Shown one piece after another: positions 1 through 11,969 of a stretch of DNA of 33,495 bases (within the stretch, counting starts at the first letter, position 1; each line of letters opens with the position of its first letter). Both the position numbers and the translations under genes were made by a program. The notes beneath the pieces were generated by a model, which saw only the letters and a list, made by a program, of their open reading frames with translations, did not search any database and was not told where the DNA came from. Origin of the DNA: Chiloscyllium plagiosum (lineage: Eukaryota); NCBI RefSeq assembly GCF_004010195.1, contig NC_057718.1, positions 2,370,556-2,404,050 on the forward strand, given 5' to 3'.

Positions 1-1114
1 AGATAATCCTAGGTGTGTTCATAAGAAAGGACTTTTTTTTTGTATTGAATGTTCAAGCACCAAATAATTATGCTTAATGCACAGACTACTTCAATACTAA
101 GTTCTTACCAGCAATCTGGTTAAATGATTCCACTTTCACTGAAAAACAAAATTAACATTGAATGATTTCCTCAATAAGGAATGATTAACTGCTGTGGAAA
201 GGTCATTAGCAGTCTTTGTTATCAGATCAGCGCACATTGCTTGCTGTTGGTAATAAGCAAATGTACATTTAAACATATTATGTTTCTGACAGGATGCAGA
301 GTATTTAGATAATTCTTCAGAGAGTTATCTTTTCTAAGTTATTTTCTAAGTGCTGAAATTATTTCAAAATGGTCAAGGTGATCTTAAGCTGAAACTATGG
401 TTTCACCCATGTTTGATGCAAGGTGCCATTTTGATTTTAAAAAAGTAGAAATTGCATGGGAATGATTGGCCATAGGATCATTCATTAGCTGAATGCTTCT
501 TGAATTGTCTGATAATACAAAGTAAGGAGCTGTGTGGTATTTTGGTAACTAATATTTTCATGTTTGACCAGCATTTGTCTGACAATGGCCATGAGTTTAC
601 GAGTAAACCAGTCAAATAGAGGATTCGTCAGCTGTTAAATTATCTTCTCTATTCAACTTAATTGTTTGAAGAAGCATGTCAAGCAGCTTTTTGAGGGTAC
701 TTAAACAAGACTCGACAAGCACCTTGATATTTATTCCAGAAGATTTCTAAGAACTTCAACTACTTATTGGGAACCTTAAAGGAGTCAACAGGAGATAAGG
801 AGTATTTAGTAATCACAATCTTGCTAAGTGTTCCCTGTGATCTACAAAATGATTTTTTTGTCCTTCTTGGGAGAAGGACATGAGATGAGGTAACACGCCG
901 GTTCCTGCAAAGGAGAGGAAAAGAACAAAGAGGAGGGTCAGGTGAACGTTTTCCCTTGTGTTGATATAGAATATCACCTTCTTCTCATTATCATCCGTCA
1001 GGATCTCTAGTACTATGTTCAAGACCCTTTGTATCCTGAGTCATGCCAAAATCAAGGCATCCTTCATTTGAAGAGGCTGCTAGAGGCCAGCTATACTACT
1101 GCACCAAACAAGGA

Positions 1115-1252
1115 GACATTGGACTTGTGGTACTAATCTAAAAACTCAGCTAATGATCTGGGGATCTTGGTTTGAATCATAACATGACAGATAATGGAAT
1201 TGGAATTTAATAAATATCTGGCATTTAAAATCAAATGATAACTATGAAACCA
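1115..1252 (+). mobile_element. Decayed tRNA-headed SINE, 5' fragment, cut by the adjacent PLE
   Basis: gacattggacttgtggtactaatc...ggggatcttggtttgaatc (B-box-like)...gataactatgaaacc resembles a common shark SINE head as I recall it. Confidence 0.5.
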
Positions 1253-1961
1253 GTTCTTTAACATGTAAGTCCCAGAACTTCTTTTAAGTCACATCCTCAA
1301 GATAACTTGAGGTTTTCTAACAAAGAGTGATATCTCAGCTCAAACAATGCATTAAAGGTGTGAGGTTAGAGTCTGTCTGTATCCCAATCTTGAGTCAGAC
1401 TGGTTCTATTTCCAAAGTGGAATTTGCAAAATATTACATGGATTGACTGTCTGCAGATTTGTGCATTTTTTGAGCAAAATAGAATGTATGTGCAAAATAT
1501 AATTGTGCAAATACAAAGTTATCCCATAAACTTAAGTGTGTGCACATGCAGGAGAGAGAAACAGTGAGTGCATGCATGTGAGTGTGAGTGCATGTGAGAG
1601 CGTGTGTGTTTGTGTGTGTGCTTGCTTGGTTATGTGTGTGTGTGTGTGTGTGTAATGAGATATACACCTGTGAGAGGGTGCGTGCTTGCGGGGGTGTGAG
1701 TGTGGGGGGTGTATGTGTGCGTATGAGAGAAGGTCTGCGTGAGTGTGCGATCATGTAAGAGTGTGGGTGTGTGTCAGAGAGTGTATAGTGCAGCGGGGCC
1801 AATGTAGTGGGACATAAACCCAAGGTCCTGGTTGAGACCATCCCCATGGGTACCGAACTTTGCTATCAGCCTCTGCTCGACCTCTGCCTGACCAGAAGTC
1901 TGCCTTGGAAGATGGTCACCTGAAGGTCCGAGGCTGAATGTCCCTGACTGCTGAAGTGTTC
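1253..1961 (-). mobile_element. Penelope-like element 3' part: end of GIY-YIG endonuclease plus a 3' region with a CA-rich tract
   Basis: The minus strand encodes EHFSSQGHSASDLQVTIFQGR (about 1961-1899) and EQRLIAKFGTHGDGLNQDLGFMSHY (about 1878-1804), typical of a PLE GIY-YIG C-terminus. Internal TG/CA microsatellite at 1535-1785. Confidence 0.85.
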
Positions 1962-2103
1962 AATATAACATTTCAGCTGCATGAGACTGTGTAATCTTTT
2001 GCTATAAATTTCATCTTATGGTCCTGCTTCACAACCACCTGATGAAGAAGTGCTTCCAAATAAACCTGCTGGATTATAACCTGGTATTGCGTGATTTTTA
2101 ACT
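1962..2103 (+). mobile_element. PLE terminal repeat (pLTR), inverted relative to the adjacent body, with a deleted hammerhead core
   Basis: cacCTGATGAag...aaataaacctgctggattataacctgg...gtgatttttaact; matches the copy at 16830-16920. Confidence 0.75.
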
Positions 2104-2134
2104 CTAGATTGGGCATCTATGAGACACTGTAGAT

Positions 2135-3565
2135 CACAAACAGCTGCTGAATCACATTTCAACCCATATCTAGGCATATTCCCCACTCAACTATTAACAT
2201 CAAGCCAGGGATCAACCCTGGTTCAATGGAGAGAGAAGGAGGGCATGCCAGGAACAGTAACAGGCTTACATAAAAATCAGGTGTCAATCTGGTAAAGACC
2301 ACAAGCAGGGCGTACTTGCATGCCAAACAGCATAAGCAGCAAGCAATAGATAGAGCTAAGCAATCCCATAATCAACAGATCAGGTATAAGTTCTGCACTC
2401 CTGCAGCATCCAGTCATGAATGGCGGTGGACAATTAAAAACCTCACTGGTAGAGGAGGCTCCACAAATATCCCCATCGACAAGAGTGTATCAGCCCAAAC
2501 CATCAGTGCAAATGATAAGGCTGAAGAATTCACCATAATTTTCAGCCAGGCGTGTCATGTGGATGATATCTTGGCCTCCTCCAGTAGTCCCTAGCTATAC
2601 AGGTACCAGTCTTCAGTCACCCCACATGATATCAACAAACAGTTGCAGGCACTGGATAGTGCAAAGGCAATGGGCTCTGATAACAATCTGGCAATAATGC
2701 TGAAGATGTGTGTTCCAGAACTTACCACTCCCCTCGCCAAGCTGTTCCAGTACAGTTACAACACTAGCATCTACCCGACAATGTGGAAAATTGCCCAGGT
2801 ATGTCCTGTACATGAAAAGCAGGACAAATCCAAACTGGCAATTCCTCCCCCATCAGTCTACTCTCCATCATCAGTAAAGTGATGGAAGGTGTCAGTAACA
2901 GAGCTATCAAGCAGCACCTGCTCTGCAATAACCTGCTCAGTGACACCCAGTTTGGGCTCCCCCAGGGTCACTCAGCTCCAGACCTCATTACAGCCTTGGG
3001 ACAAACATGGACAAAAAGAGCTGAATTCCAGAGGGGAGGGGAGAGGGACAGCCCTTGCCATCAAGGCTGCATTTGACCAAGTGAGGTATCAAGGAGCCCT
3101 GGCAAAATCAATGGGTATAAGGGGCAAACCCCCTGGTGGTTGGAGTGATACCTGGCACATAGGAGGATGGTTGTGGTTGTTGGAGGTCAGTCATCTCAGC
3201 TCCAGGACATCTCTGCATGAGTTCCTCAGGGAGACTTCTAGGCCCAACCATCTTCAGCTGCTACATCAATGACCTTCCCTTTGTCATAAGGTTAAAAGTG
3301 GGATGTTCACCAATGATTGCACAATATTCAGCACCATTCGCAACTCCTCAGATACTGAAGCAGTCCATATCCAAAGGCAACATGACTTGGACATTCCCTC
3401 AGAGTCGCAGGGTCAAAATCCTGGAATTGCCACTCTATGGAAATCCTAGGTCTGCCCACAGCACACGGACAGACAGCTCACCACCACCTTCTCAAGGGGC
3501 AACTCGAGACAGGCGATAAATGCTGGCCCAACCAGCAATACCCACATCCTGTGAACGAATAAAGA
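2135..3565 (+). mobile_element. Decayed CR1/L2-group LINE (RT region plus 3' tail)
   Basis: Frameshifted RT peptides KAMGSDN...PLAKLFQYSYNTSIYPTMWKIAQVCPVHEKQ, QFGLPQGHSAPDLITAL and LGPTIFSCYINDLP. Tail is ggggcaactcgagacaggcgataaatgctggcc...cccacatcctgtgaacgaataaa. Confidence 0.9.
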
Positions 3566-4258
3566 AGGCAGAGAGAGAGGTGAGAGATTGTTATTTGGCA
3601 GTGAGGGGGGAGTACCTGTGGTAACATTGATCAGGAATTCTAACATTAACTACGTCGCACTGAGTTTGGGGTTGAAAGTGTGGGAGAAAGCAGCAGTATG
3701 ATGTGCAGTTTCAGTGTCTGGCCTAGCATCTGACAGAGGAACTCCGCAATGAGCTGTCCCAGTCTGGCAGCTCTCAGGGCCGTGTGAGTCTCAGCACACT
3801 CTGTATCCAGTGTGAATGGAGTGTCAGCATTGATGACGGGTCGACAGTTACGTCCCACTTGGTCAATGCTGGAACAATATACAATGCTGATGTCACAGAA
3901 TCTCCAAGGACCTGACCCTGATCCAATCTCTGTGATATTAACAGGTTAGTGTATTTACTCAGCATCTGACAGAGGTGGAAAGATACTCATTCTGTCGCTG
4001 AGTGGGCGCAATGATGTCAGGCATGATATGAAGCTCATGACTGAATAACTGGGTCACCTCGATCCCCACCCTTCCATCAATTTCCCTTTTCAGTTCATAG
4101 AAATCGTCGCAGCTTACAGCACAAGCAGAGACCAGCCCACCGTCTCCATGCAGGCTGACAAGGAGGTTATGGCCGTTCACATTACTGTCCAGGCATTTTT
4201 AAATGGGTTAAGGTTTATGCCTGTCCCACCCTTTCAGGCAATGACTTTCAGACTCTTA

Positions 4259-4295
4259 AGAGTTCTGAGGAAGGGTCACTGGATCCGAAACATTA
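4259..4295 (+). ncRNA. 5' portion of a minimal type I hammerhead ribozyme relic in a PLE terminal repeat
   Basis: AGAGTT-CTGAGGA-A-GGGTC-actg-GATCC-GAAA-CATT. The helix I partner AACTCT lies at 5783-5788, beyond a CR1 insertion. Confidence 0.75.
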
Positions 4296-5779
4296 TATAG
4301 AACATAGAACATAGATAATTCCAGCACAGTACAGTCCCTTCAGCCCTCAATGTTGCGTTAACCTGGGAAATTAATCTGATGCCCATCTAACCTACACCGT
4401 TCCATTATTATCCATATGTATGTCAATCCCATATGTATGTCAATCCTATTTAAATGCCCTTAATGTCGGCGACTCTACTACTATTGTAGGCAGGCTGTTC
4501 CACGCCCTTCTACTCTCTGAGTAAAGAAACTACCCCTGATATCTGTCCCAAATCTATCACCCCTCAATTTAAATCTACGACCCCTCATGTTAGCCATCAC
4601 CATCCAAGGAAAAAGGCTCTCACTGTCCACCCTATCTAACCCTCTGATTATCTCATACGTCTCAATTAAGTCATCTCTCAAGCTTCTTCTCTTTAACAAA
4701 ACCAGCCTCAGTTCCCTCAGCCTTTCCTCATAAGACCTTCCCTCCATACCAAGCAACATCCTAGTAAATCTCCTCTGAACCCTTTCCAAAGCTTCCACAT
4801 CCTTCCTATAATGCGGTGACCAGAACTGTCCGCAATACTCCAGGTGCAGCCGCACCAGTGCCTTGTACAGCTGAAGCATGACCTCATGGTTCTGAAACTC
4901 AATCCCTCTACCAATAAACGCCAGAACTCCATATGTCTTCTTAACAACCCTATCAACCTGGGTGGCAACTTTCAGGGATTTATGCACCTGGACACTAAGA
5001 TTTCTCTGTTCATCTACACTGCCAAAAATTTTACCATTAGCCCAGTGTTCTGCATTCCTGTTACTTCTTCTGAAATGAACTACCTCACCCTTTTCCATAT
5101 TAAACTCCATTTACCACTTCTCAGCCCAGCTCTGCCTCTTATCTATGTCCTTCTGTAATCCACAATATCCTTCAACACTATCCACAACTCTGCCTACCTT
5201 AGTGTCATCCACAAATTTACTAACCCATCCTTATACATCCATATCCAAATCATTTATAAAAATGACAAACAGCAGTGGCCCCAGAACAAATCCTTGCGGC
5301 ACACCACTGGTAAGTGAGCTCCAGGATGAACATTTCCCATCAACCACCACCTTCTGTCTTCTTTCAGCTAGCCAATTTCTGATCCAAACCAATAAATCAC
5401 CCTCAATCCCAAGGCTCCATATTTTGTGCAATAACCTACCGTGGGGAACCTTATCAAACGCCTTGCTGAAGTCCATACACACCACGTCAACCACTTTATC
5501 CTCATCCACCTGTTTTGTCACCTTCTCAAAGAACTCTATAAGGTTAGTTAGGCATGACCTACCCTTCACAAAACCATGTTGACTATCTCTAATCAAATTA
5601 TTCCTTTCTAGATGATTATAAATCCTATCTCTTATAAGCTTTTCCAACCCACAACCGAAGTAAGGCTCACTGGCCTATAATTACAAGGATTGTCTCTACT
5701 CCCCTTCATGAAAAAGGGGACAACATTTGCTAACCTCCAGTCTTCTGGCACTACTCCTGTCGACAATGGTGACATAAAG
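4296..5779 (-). mobile_element. 5'-truncated CR1 LINE (RT and C-terminal ORF2, 3' UTR, tandem tail)
   Basis: ORFs 5231-5647 ([51 protein letters not shown]) and 4481-5110 (LEYCGQFWSPHYRKDVEALERVQRRFTRM). Tail is tagaacatagaacatag; ATTA lies on both sides. Confidence 0.97.
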
Positions 5780-5855
5780 ATTAACTCTGCTTTCTCTCCA
5801 CAGATGCTGCCAGACCTGCAGAGCTTTTCCAGTAATTTCTGATTTTGTTTCCAGC
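5780..5855 (+). mobile_element. 3' remainder of the PLE terminal repeat interrupted at 4295
   Basis: ttaactctgctttctctccacagatgctgccagacctgcagagcttttccag; the same motif directly follows gaaacg in the uninterrupted copy at 31983-32045. Confidence 0.8.
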
Positions 5856-6188
5856 ATTGCTTCCCTGTTCTTATATAATTAGTAAAGGAAAGTATTTCAT
5901 ATTTCCTCTTGACTTCCTCATTGGCTTGGTCTGCTGCCTGTAGCCATGTTCACATTGGTCCCTCTGTTTCCCTACTGTCTCAGTATCCATCATTTATTGT
6001 GTCTTCCTTTACCTTGCTTGTCTTCTCCAAATAGAGCAGCTCCCTCTTCCCCATATCGAACCCCCATTATTCCATCCACAACACCAGACTCCACTATTTC
6101 GGCAGCCTCCAGCTTCCTCCCTAATTGTCAACACCAGGGCCAATTTCCACATTATCTGCAAACACCTTAGTCATCCCTCATCATTGAC

Positions 6189-7692
6189 AGAAAGATAGGA
6201 GCAGGAGGGGGCCATTCAGCCCCTTGATCCTGCACCCCCCCATTCAATACGAACATGGCTGATCATCGTGCTCAATACCCGAATCCCACCCTCCCCCCAA
6301 TATCCCTCCATTCCTTTAGCCATTAGACCTACTTCCCTCTTGTAAACACATCATGTTTTACCTTCAGCCACTCTCTGTGGCAGTAGATACCACAGGCTCC
6401 CCACTCTCTGGGTGAAGACATTCCTCCTCATCTCAGTCCTAAAAGCTTCCCCACTATCCTTAGACCATCACCCCTGGTTCTGGATTCCCACACCATTAGT
6501 ATATTCCTCCCTGCATCGAACCTGTCTATTCCGAATAGAGTTTTACAGGTTTCTCTGAGATCCCACCCCTCATTCTTCTAAACTCCAGTGAATACAATCC
6601 TAACCGACTCAATCTCTCCCCACAGGTCAGTCCTGCTATCCCAGCAATCAGTCTGTAAACCTGCACTACTCTCCCTCAGGAGCAAGAACACCTTTCCTCA
6701 GATATAGAGACCAAAGCTGCACACAATATTCCAGATGGGGCCTCACCAATGCTCTGTATAATTGCAGCAAGACATCCTTGTTCCTGTACTCGAATCCTCT
6801 CACCATCAAGGCCAACATACAGTTTACCTTCTTCACCACCTGCTGCACCTGCACGCTTACTCTCAGCGACTGGTGCACGAGGACACCCAGGCCTTATCGA
6901 ACATCCCCCTCTCTCACATTACAGCTGGTCAGATAATAATCTGCCTTATTGTTTTAGTTACCAAGGAGGATGAACTCACCTTTCTCCACATTATCCTGCA
7001 TCTGCGATGCATTAGCCCACTCCCCCTGCCTGTCCAACGCACATTGCAACATCTCGGCATCCTCCACACAGCTCACCCTCTCACCCAGCTTTATGTCATC
7101 TGCAAACTTGGTGATATTACATTCAGTTCCTCATCTAAATCAGTAATGGATATTGTGAATAGCTGGGACCCCAGCACTGATCCCTGCAGTATCCCACTGG
7201 TCACCATTAATCTCTTATGTGGGACTTTGTCAAAAGCCTTCTAAAATTCCAAATAAACCACATCCACTGGCTCACCTGATCTACACCACTATTTACTTCC
7301 TCAAAAAATTATTGTACATTTGTCAAGCACAATTCTTTCTTTGGTAAATCCACGCTGACTATGTTGGATTCAATCATTATTTTCTAAGTGTTCTGCTATA
7401 AAATCCTTGATACTCAAGATGACTCAAGCATTTTCATACTCCCAATATCAGAGTGACTTGCCTATAATATCTTGGAAGCTGTACCACAGTGCATCCATTA
7501 TTTCCAGCACCATCTCCTTAAGTGCTCTAAGATGTAGATTATCAAACCCTGGGGATTTATCAGTCTTCAGTCCCATCAATTTCTCCAACACTATTTCAGT
7601 ACGAGTACAGATTTGGTTCAGTTCCTCCCTCTCACTAAACCCTGCATTATCCATCATTTCTGGGACATTATTTGTGTCCTTTCTTTGTGAAG
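6189..7692 (-). mobile_element. Older CR1 LINE, 3' part (host of a nested insertion)
   Basis: Peptides LLQLYRALVRPHLEYCVQLWS and LEKLMGLKTDKSPGFDNLHLRALKE; CR1 3' end ggagcaggagggggccattcagcccc. Confidence 0.92.
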
Positions 7693-9165
7693 TCACAAAG
7701 AACAAAGAAAAAATTCACAGCCCGGGAACAGGTCCTTCGGCCCTCCAAGCCTGAGCCGATCCAAAACTACTGTCTAAACCTATCGCCAAATTCCTGAGCA
7801 TCTGTATCCCTCTGCTCCCCACCTACTCATGCATCTGTCCAGACACATCTTAAATGAATCTACCGTGCCTGCCTCTACCACCTCTGCTGGCAACGCATTC
7901 CAGACACCCAACACCCTCTTGTGTAAAGTACTTGCCGCGTGTATCCCCCATAAACTTTTCACCTCTCACTTGGAAAGTGTGACCTCTCGTTATTGAATCC
8001 TTCACCCTGGGAAAAAACTTATCGCTATCTACCCTGTCTGTACCCTTCATGACTTTGTAGACCTCAATCAGGTCCTCCACTCAATGAAAACAAACCTAAC
8101 CTACTCAACCTCTCTTCATAGCTAGCACCTTCCAGATCTCTCTGCCCATCAACTTTTCGCAAGGCTCTTCCAATCATTGTGTAATTCACTCTAGAATTAG
8201 TCTTGCCTAAATGCATCACCTCACATTTGTTTGGATTGAACTCCATCTGCCACTTTTCCGCCCAACTCTCCAGTCTATCTATACCCTCCTGTATTCTTCG
8301 ACAGTCCCTTATGCTTTCTGCTACTCCACCAATCTTTGTGTCATCTGCAAACTTGCTGATCATACCAACAGTGCCCTCTTCCAGATCATTTATGTATATT
8401 ACAAACAGCAGTGGCCCCAACACTGACCCCTGTGGAACACCACTGGTCACCTTTCTCCATTTCAAGAAACTCCCTTCAACTACTACTCTCTGTCTCCTGT
8501 TGCTCAACCAGTTCTTTACCCACCTAGCTAGAACATCCTGCACAACATGTGACTTCACTTTCTCCATTAGTCTACCATGGGGAACCTTATCAAATACCTT
8601 ACTAAAATCCATGTATGTGACATCAACAGCCCTTCCTTCATCTATCAACTTGGTCACTTTCTCAAAGAACTCTATTAAGTTGGTAATCTCCCCCGCACAA
8701 AACCATGTTTCCTATCACTGATAAGCCCATTCTTTTCCAAATATAAATAAATTTTATCCGTCAGTACCTTCTCCAGCAACTTTTCCACCACTGATGTCAG
8801 GCTCATTGGTCTGCAGTTACCCGGAATATCCCTACTGCCCCTCTTGTACAGGGGGACAACATGAGCAACCCTCCAGTCCTCCGGCACCTCACCTATGTTT
8901 AAAGATGCCACAAAGATATCTGTCAGGGTCCCAGCTATTTCCTCTCTCACTTCCCTCAGCATTCTGGGATAGATCCCATCCGGTCCTGGGGATTTGTCCA
9001 CCTTAATAACCTCTAACCTACCCAACACATCTTCCCTACTTATGTCAACGTGATCCAGACTAATCAAACTTCTATCTCTAATCTCAACATTTATCATGTT
9101 CCTCTCCTCAGTGAACGCTGATATAAAATAATCATTCAGAATCTCACCCATTCTCTCAGGTTCGA
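7693..9165 (-). mobile_element. Younger CR1 LINE nested in the older CR1, with an internal deletion near 8133
   Basis: ORFs 8064-8657 and 8675-9241 (KSPGPDGIYPRMLRE, SKFADDTK, WQMEFNPNKCEVMHLG); caaagaacaaagaa tail at 7695. Confidence 0.95.
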
Positions 9166-9650
9166 AGCATGAATTTAATTCACTAGCCATTTCTTTGTTC
9201 CCCATTATAAATTCCCTAATTTCTGACTGTAAGGATCCCACTTAAGTTTTTAACCAATATATTTCTTTTTTCATAGCTATAGAAATTTTTACTGTCAGTT
9301 CTTAAGTTCCCAGCAAGATAACTCTCATCCTCAACTTTTCTCTTCTTAATCAATCCCTGGTCCTCCTTTGGTGACTTCTAAACTGTTGTTTTATCTTGCC
9401 AATTTGTATGTCCCTTTTTGCATCTAGAACTATCTCCAACTTCCTTCCTAAGCTGTCGTTTGGTCATTGTGCTCTCTAAACTCTTGTCCCAGGCAGGAAT
9501 AAACAACTTTTGTCATTTGCCCATTTGTCCTTTGAATGTTTGGCATAGTCTATCCACTGTGGTTCCTTTCAGTCACATTTCCCAAACCATCAGAGCCAGT
9601 TCATGTCTTATATTATCATAGTTTCCCTTATTCAGATTCAGGACTCTAAT
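9166..9650 (-). mobile_element. 5' continuation of the older CR1
   Basis: GSLQSEIREFIMGNKEMASELNSCF continues into ...FTK at about 7690. Confidence 0.8.
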
Positions 9651-9674
9651 CACATTCAATTCCAAATCATATCA

Positions 9675-9793
9675 AACAAGGAACTGAAGATGCTGAAAAT
9701 CTGAACCAGAGACTGGAACTGATGGAGAAACTGAGCAGAAACCTCCGATGCTGCTAGCTTTGCTGAGTTTCACCAGCAATTTCTGTTTTGATT
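9675..9793. mobile_element. Short inverted-repeat (MITE-like) pair of PLE terminal-repeat segments
   Basis: ctgatggagaaactgagcag faces tgctgagtttcaccagcaatttctgttttg. Confidence 0.6.
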
Positions 9794-10084
9794 CAATCCC
9801 AAATATTTGACATGTGTCTCAAAAGGTGAGGGCCCAGCTCTGGAAACAGCCCGCCTGTCACAAAAACGCCCATTGACCAATACCTTTTCCTTCCTGCCTC
9901 GTAACCAATGATGGATCCAACATTAGCTGCTCGAGACTGTATGCCATTCAATGAGATCACAAATGACCTACCACCTAGCTCCACAAGTAGGGTCATCACC
10001 CTCACTAGGATCTGCCTTGGTATGAAAACATTACTGCTCAGATAGACACAGCAATGAAAGGCCAAATTAATGTGCACAATACCC

Positions 10085-10530
10085 TGAAGGGGATTAACAC
10101 TTGAGCAGAGGTGATGTGGATAGGGTTAACTCTGAGGGAGGTCGTGTTGAGGGGGATAACTCTGAAGGAGGTGGTGTTGAGGGAGTTAATCTGAGGGAGG
10201 TGGTATTGATGCGGTTAACTCTGAAGGAGGTGATATTGAGCGGGTTAACTCTGAGGGAGATAGTGTAGGGGGGTTAGCTGAGGGAAGTGATGTAGAGGGG
10301 GTTAACTCTGAGGGAGGTGGTGTTGAGGGGGTTAATATTGAGGGGGTTAACTCTGAGGGAGGTAGTGTTGAAGGGGTTAACTCTGAGGGAGATGGCATAG
10401 AGGGGGTTAACTCTGAGGGAGGTGGCGTAGAGGGGGTTAACTCTGAGGGAGGTGGTGTTGAAGGGGTTAACTCTGAGGGAGGTGGCGTAGAGGGGGTTAA
10501 CTCTGAGAGAGGTGGTGTTGAGTGGCTTAA
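10085..10530. repeat. 30-bp G-rich minisatellite, about 15 units
   Basis: Unit ttaactctgagggaggtggtgttgaggggg, with one half-unit near 10333. Confidence 0.95.
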
Positions 10531-10607
10531 ATGAGTGTTGATCCAAAATAATCAGTTTCTAAACGATCAGCGATTTCCACTCACAATGAACTGACTGGAA
10601 AGTTCCA

Positions 10608-10669
10608 CTGAGCACCCTGACAAAAACAGGCCACTATCCTGAGCACCCTGACAAAAACAGGCCACTATC
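10608..10669. repeat. Perfect 31-bp tandem duplication
   Basis: ctgagcaccctgacaaaaacaggccactatc occurs twice. Confidence 0.95.
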
Positions 10670-10904
10670 CTGCAGAGGAAGTACTCCTTTCAGGTTTGTT
10701 GCCCAGTATTTTTTGCGACCGGTCATGACCTTGCACATCATCCATTCCTGTAAGTGACTCTCAGACCCTATGTGAACAGGAGTGCTCTTTCACCTGATTA
10801 CAATGGTAATGACTGTACAGGGAACTGTTGTCACAAAATCTGACTGACTGTGCACTGTAACCATTTCATCAACGGAGAGCTATATAACTAGGATTCCAGA
10901 TAGT

Positions 10905-11165
10905 GCTTTAAACCAAGCCCTGGGGTGGGAATGGCCAGCTACACAGAATTGCAAAATCCAAGGTAAAGGAGAGAGTTGGATTGTTGCTTAGTGATAGGTC
11001 TGATTGTTACCAGAAAGGAAAAAGAATGGACAGAATGCACCAAAGAAATATAAAAGTGCAGGGAATCTCAATAACAGAACAAACATAAAGAATTTGTACA
11101 TTAATACACACACCATTCAGAATTAGGCAGATGAACTAATGGAGCAAATTGAGATAAATCGAGAT
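10905..11165 (+). mobile_element. Decayed CR1 fragment spanning the ORF1/ORF2 boundary
   Basis: LYINTHTIQN*ADELMEQIEIN resembles the start of the APE endonuclease. Confidence 0.6.
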
Positions 11166-11969
11166 CACGAGGGGTTTGAACTAGTTAAAGAGGGGAGGGC
11201 TTAAGAGAGGTTGTGAATGTTTCCAGAAGAACTTATAGGATTTAGAGTAGTCAGGAATCTAACTTCAGGCATAGCAGATAAAGGAGACAACTGTGAGGAG
11301 GGGGACAGTCAATGCAGTAGGGTGTTGGACTTCAATACACGCAATATTCAGAACAAGGGTAATGAGCTTCTAGCACTGACTGCAGTTGGCAACGATACTG
11401 TGGGTATCACAGAGACGTGGCTGCAAGGGGATCTGGGCTGGGGACTGAGTATCCAAGGACACATCCCATCGTATGGAAAGGACAGGCAGGTGGGCAGAGG
11501 GGGTGGGATGGCCTTGTTAGTAAGGAATGAAATTAAATCAATAGCAAGAAGTGAGATAGAGTGAGAAGGTGTAGAATCTGTGTGCAGGACAATGGAGAAA
11601 GATGATGATTGGGATCAGGCCTCCCTGCAGTAATCAGGATGTAGCGAGGAAAATAAGTCACTGATAGAAAAGCAATGTAAGAAATACACCATTACAGTAA
11701 ACATGAGGGACTTCAATATGCAGATGGACTGGGAAAATCGAATTGGGAACTGATCTCAAGAAAAGGAATTTATGGAATGTTTATGAGATGGTTTTTGGAG
11801 CAGCTTGTGGTAGATCCCATTTGGGAAGAGGCAGGTCTGGATTTGGTGATGTGGAATGAGGCAGACTTGATTAGAGAGCTTAAGGTGAAGGGAACCCCTA
11901 GGGGGCAGTGACCATAATATGATCGAATTCACCCTGCAGTTTGAGAGGAAGAAGCTGGAATCAGATGTA

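Noticed and set aside
3646..4180. Short minus-strand ORFs in unique DNA (70-73 aa)
   Set aside because: No recognisable homology and no convincing splice donor.
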